Below, one piece after another: positions 63,912-64,000 of a stretch of DNA of 64,000 nucleotides. The translations under genes and the position numbers were made by a program. The notes under the pieces are model-generated. The model was not told where the DNA came from. It saw only the letters and a list, made by a program, of their open reading frames with translations, and did no database searches. This DNA comes from Burkholderiales bacterium (GTDB lineage: Bacteria > Pseudomonadota > Gammaproteobacteria > Burkholderiales > SG8-39): assembly GCA_035762345.1 (NCBI GenBank), contig DASTPE010000107.1:3701-67700 (forward strand), given 5' to 3'. Position 1 is the first letter of the stretch; each line of letters starts with the position of its first letter.

Positions 63912-63913
63912 TA

Positions 63914-64000
63914 GTCCGCCTTCACGCCAGCCTTCTGGATGACTTCCTTCCAGCGCGCCTGCTCTTTCGCGATGAACTCGCCGTACTCCTGCGGTGTCGA
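63914..64000 (-). CDS. Bug-family TTT substrate-binding protein, C-terminal fragment (runs off the window)
   Basis: The reverse translation ...STPQEYGEFIAKEQARWKEVIQKAGVKAD* is the typical Bug C-terminus. Confidence 0.7.

Noticed and set aside
1-64000. Search for defence systems, toxin-antitoxin pairs, prophage or integrative elements, secondary-metabolite clusters, and rRNA/tRNA genes.
   Set aside because: No integrase, phage structural, restriction-modification, Cas, nuclease/NTPase defence-type or NRPS/PKS signatures were recognised in any frame. The only mobile DNA seen is the single IS and the REP family.

Overview
High-GC chromosomal segment (about two-thirds G+C by eye, not computed). 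It looks like a Burkholderiales-type betaproteobacterium; I infer this from seven Bug/TctC-family binding-protein genes, a split arnA and the general gene content. There are about 70 tightly packed protein-coding genes, many joined by ATGA/GTGA overlaps. I saw no rRNA, tRNA, CRISPR array, prophage or recognisable defence island. Landmarks from left to right: receiver plus hybrid histidine kinase; a Bug-sulfatase-enolase-sulfatase operon; msrB; an MlaF-like ATPase, a helical protein and a UbiB-type kinase, with srkA divergent from them; an aspA-dcuA-DAACS-SBP operon; a mixed SBP/isochorismatase/DUF1272/DUF4241 chain; a BKACE/Bug/BT1 cluster; a GGDEF protein; an ABM, MarR-GNAT and CDO-cupin operon; an 11-gene run with no intergenic bases (34144-43846) holding the L-Ara4N lipid A pathway (arnT-E-B-C-A(FT)-A(DH)-D), headed by a Xi-class GST and an unusual two-barrel outer-membrane fusion and ending in a DUF3108 gene; tctCBA with two coupled enzymes; prkA-yeaH-ycgB; an IS4-family element inserted in a REP palindrome; and CoA-transferase, CHRD, tandem secreted paralogs and TcuA-like/methyltransferase genes, each next to a Bug gene. 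Non-coding items worth a second look are a dispersed ~70-nt palindromic REP/MITE-like family (four loci, three of which supply the stop codon of the neighbouring gene) and a long hairpin at 4142-4225 with a 24-nt C/U-rich anti-Shine-Dalgarno-like loop followed by U9. I found no single clear-cut novel system. The best candidates are the MipA-like + PagL-like fusion at the arn locus, the anti-SD hairpin RNA, the cytoplasmic sulfatase/enolase operon and the MlaF-like/UbiB-kinase module. All family calls come from reading the translated ORFs against remembered family signatures; no searches were run. Start codons were refined by hand and are less certain than stops.
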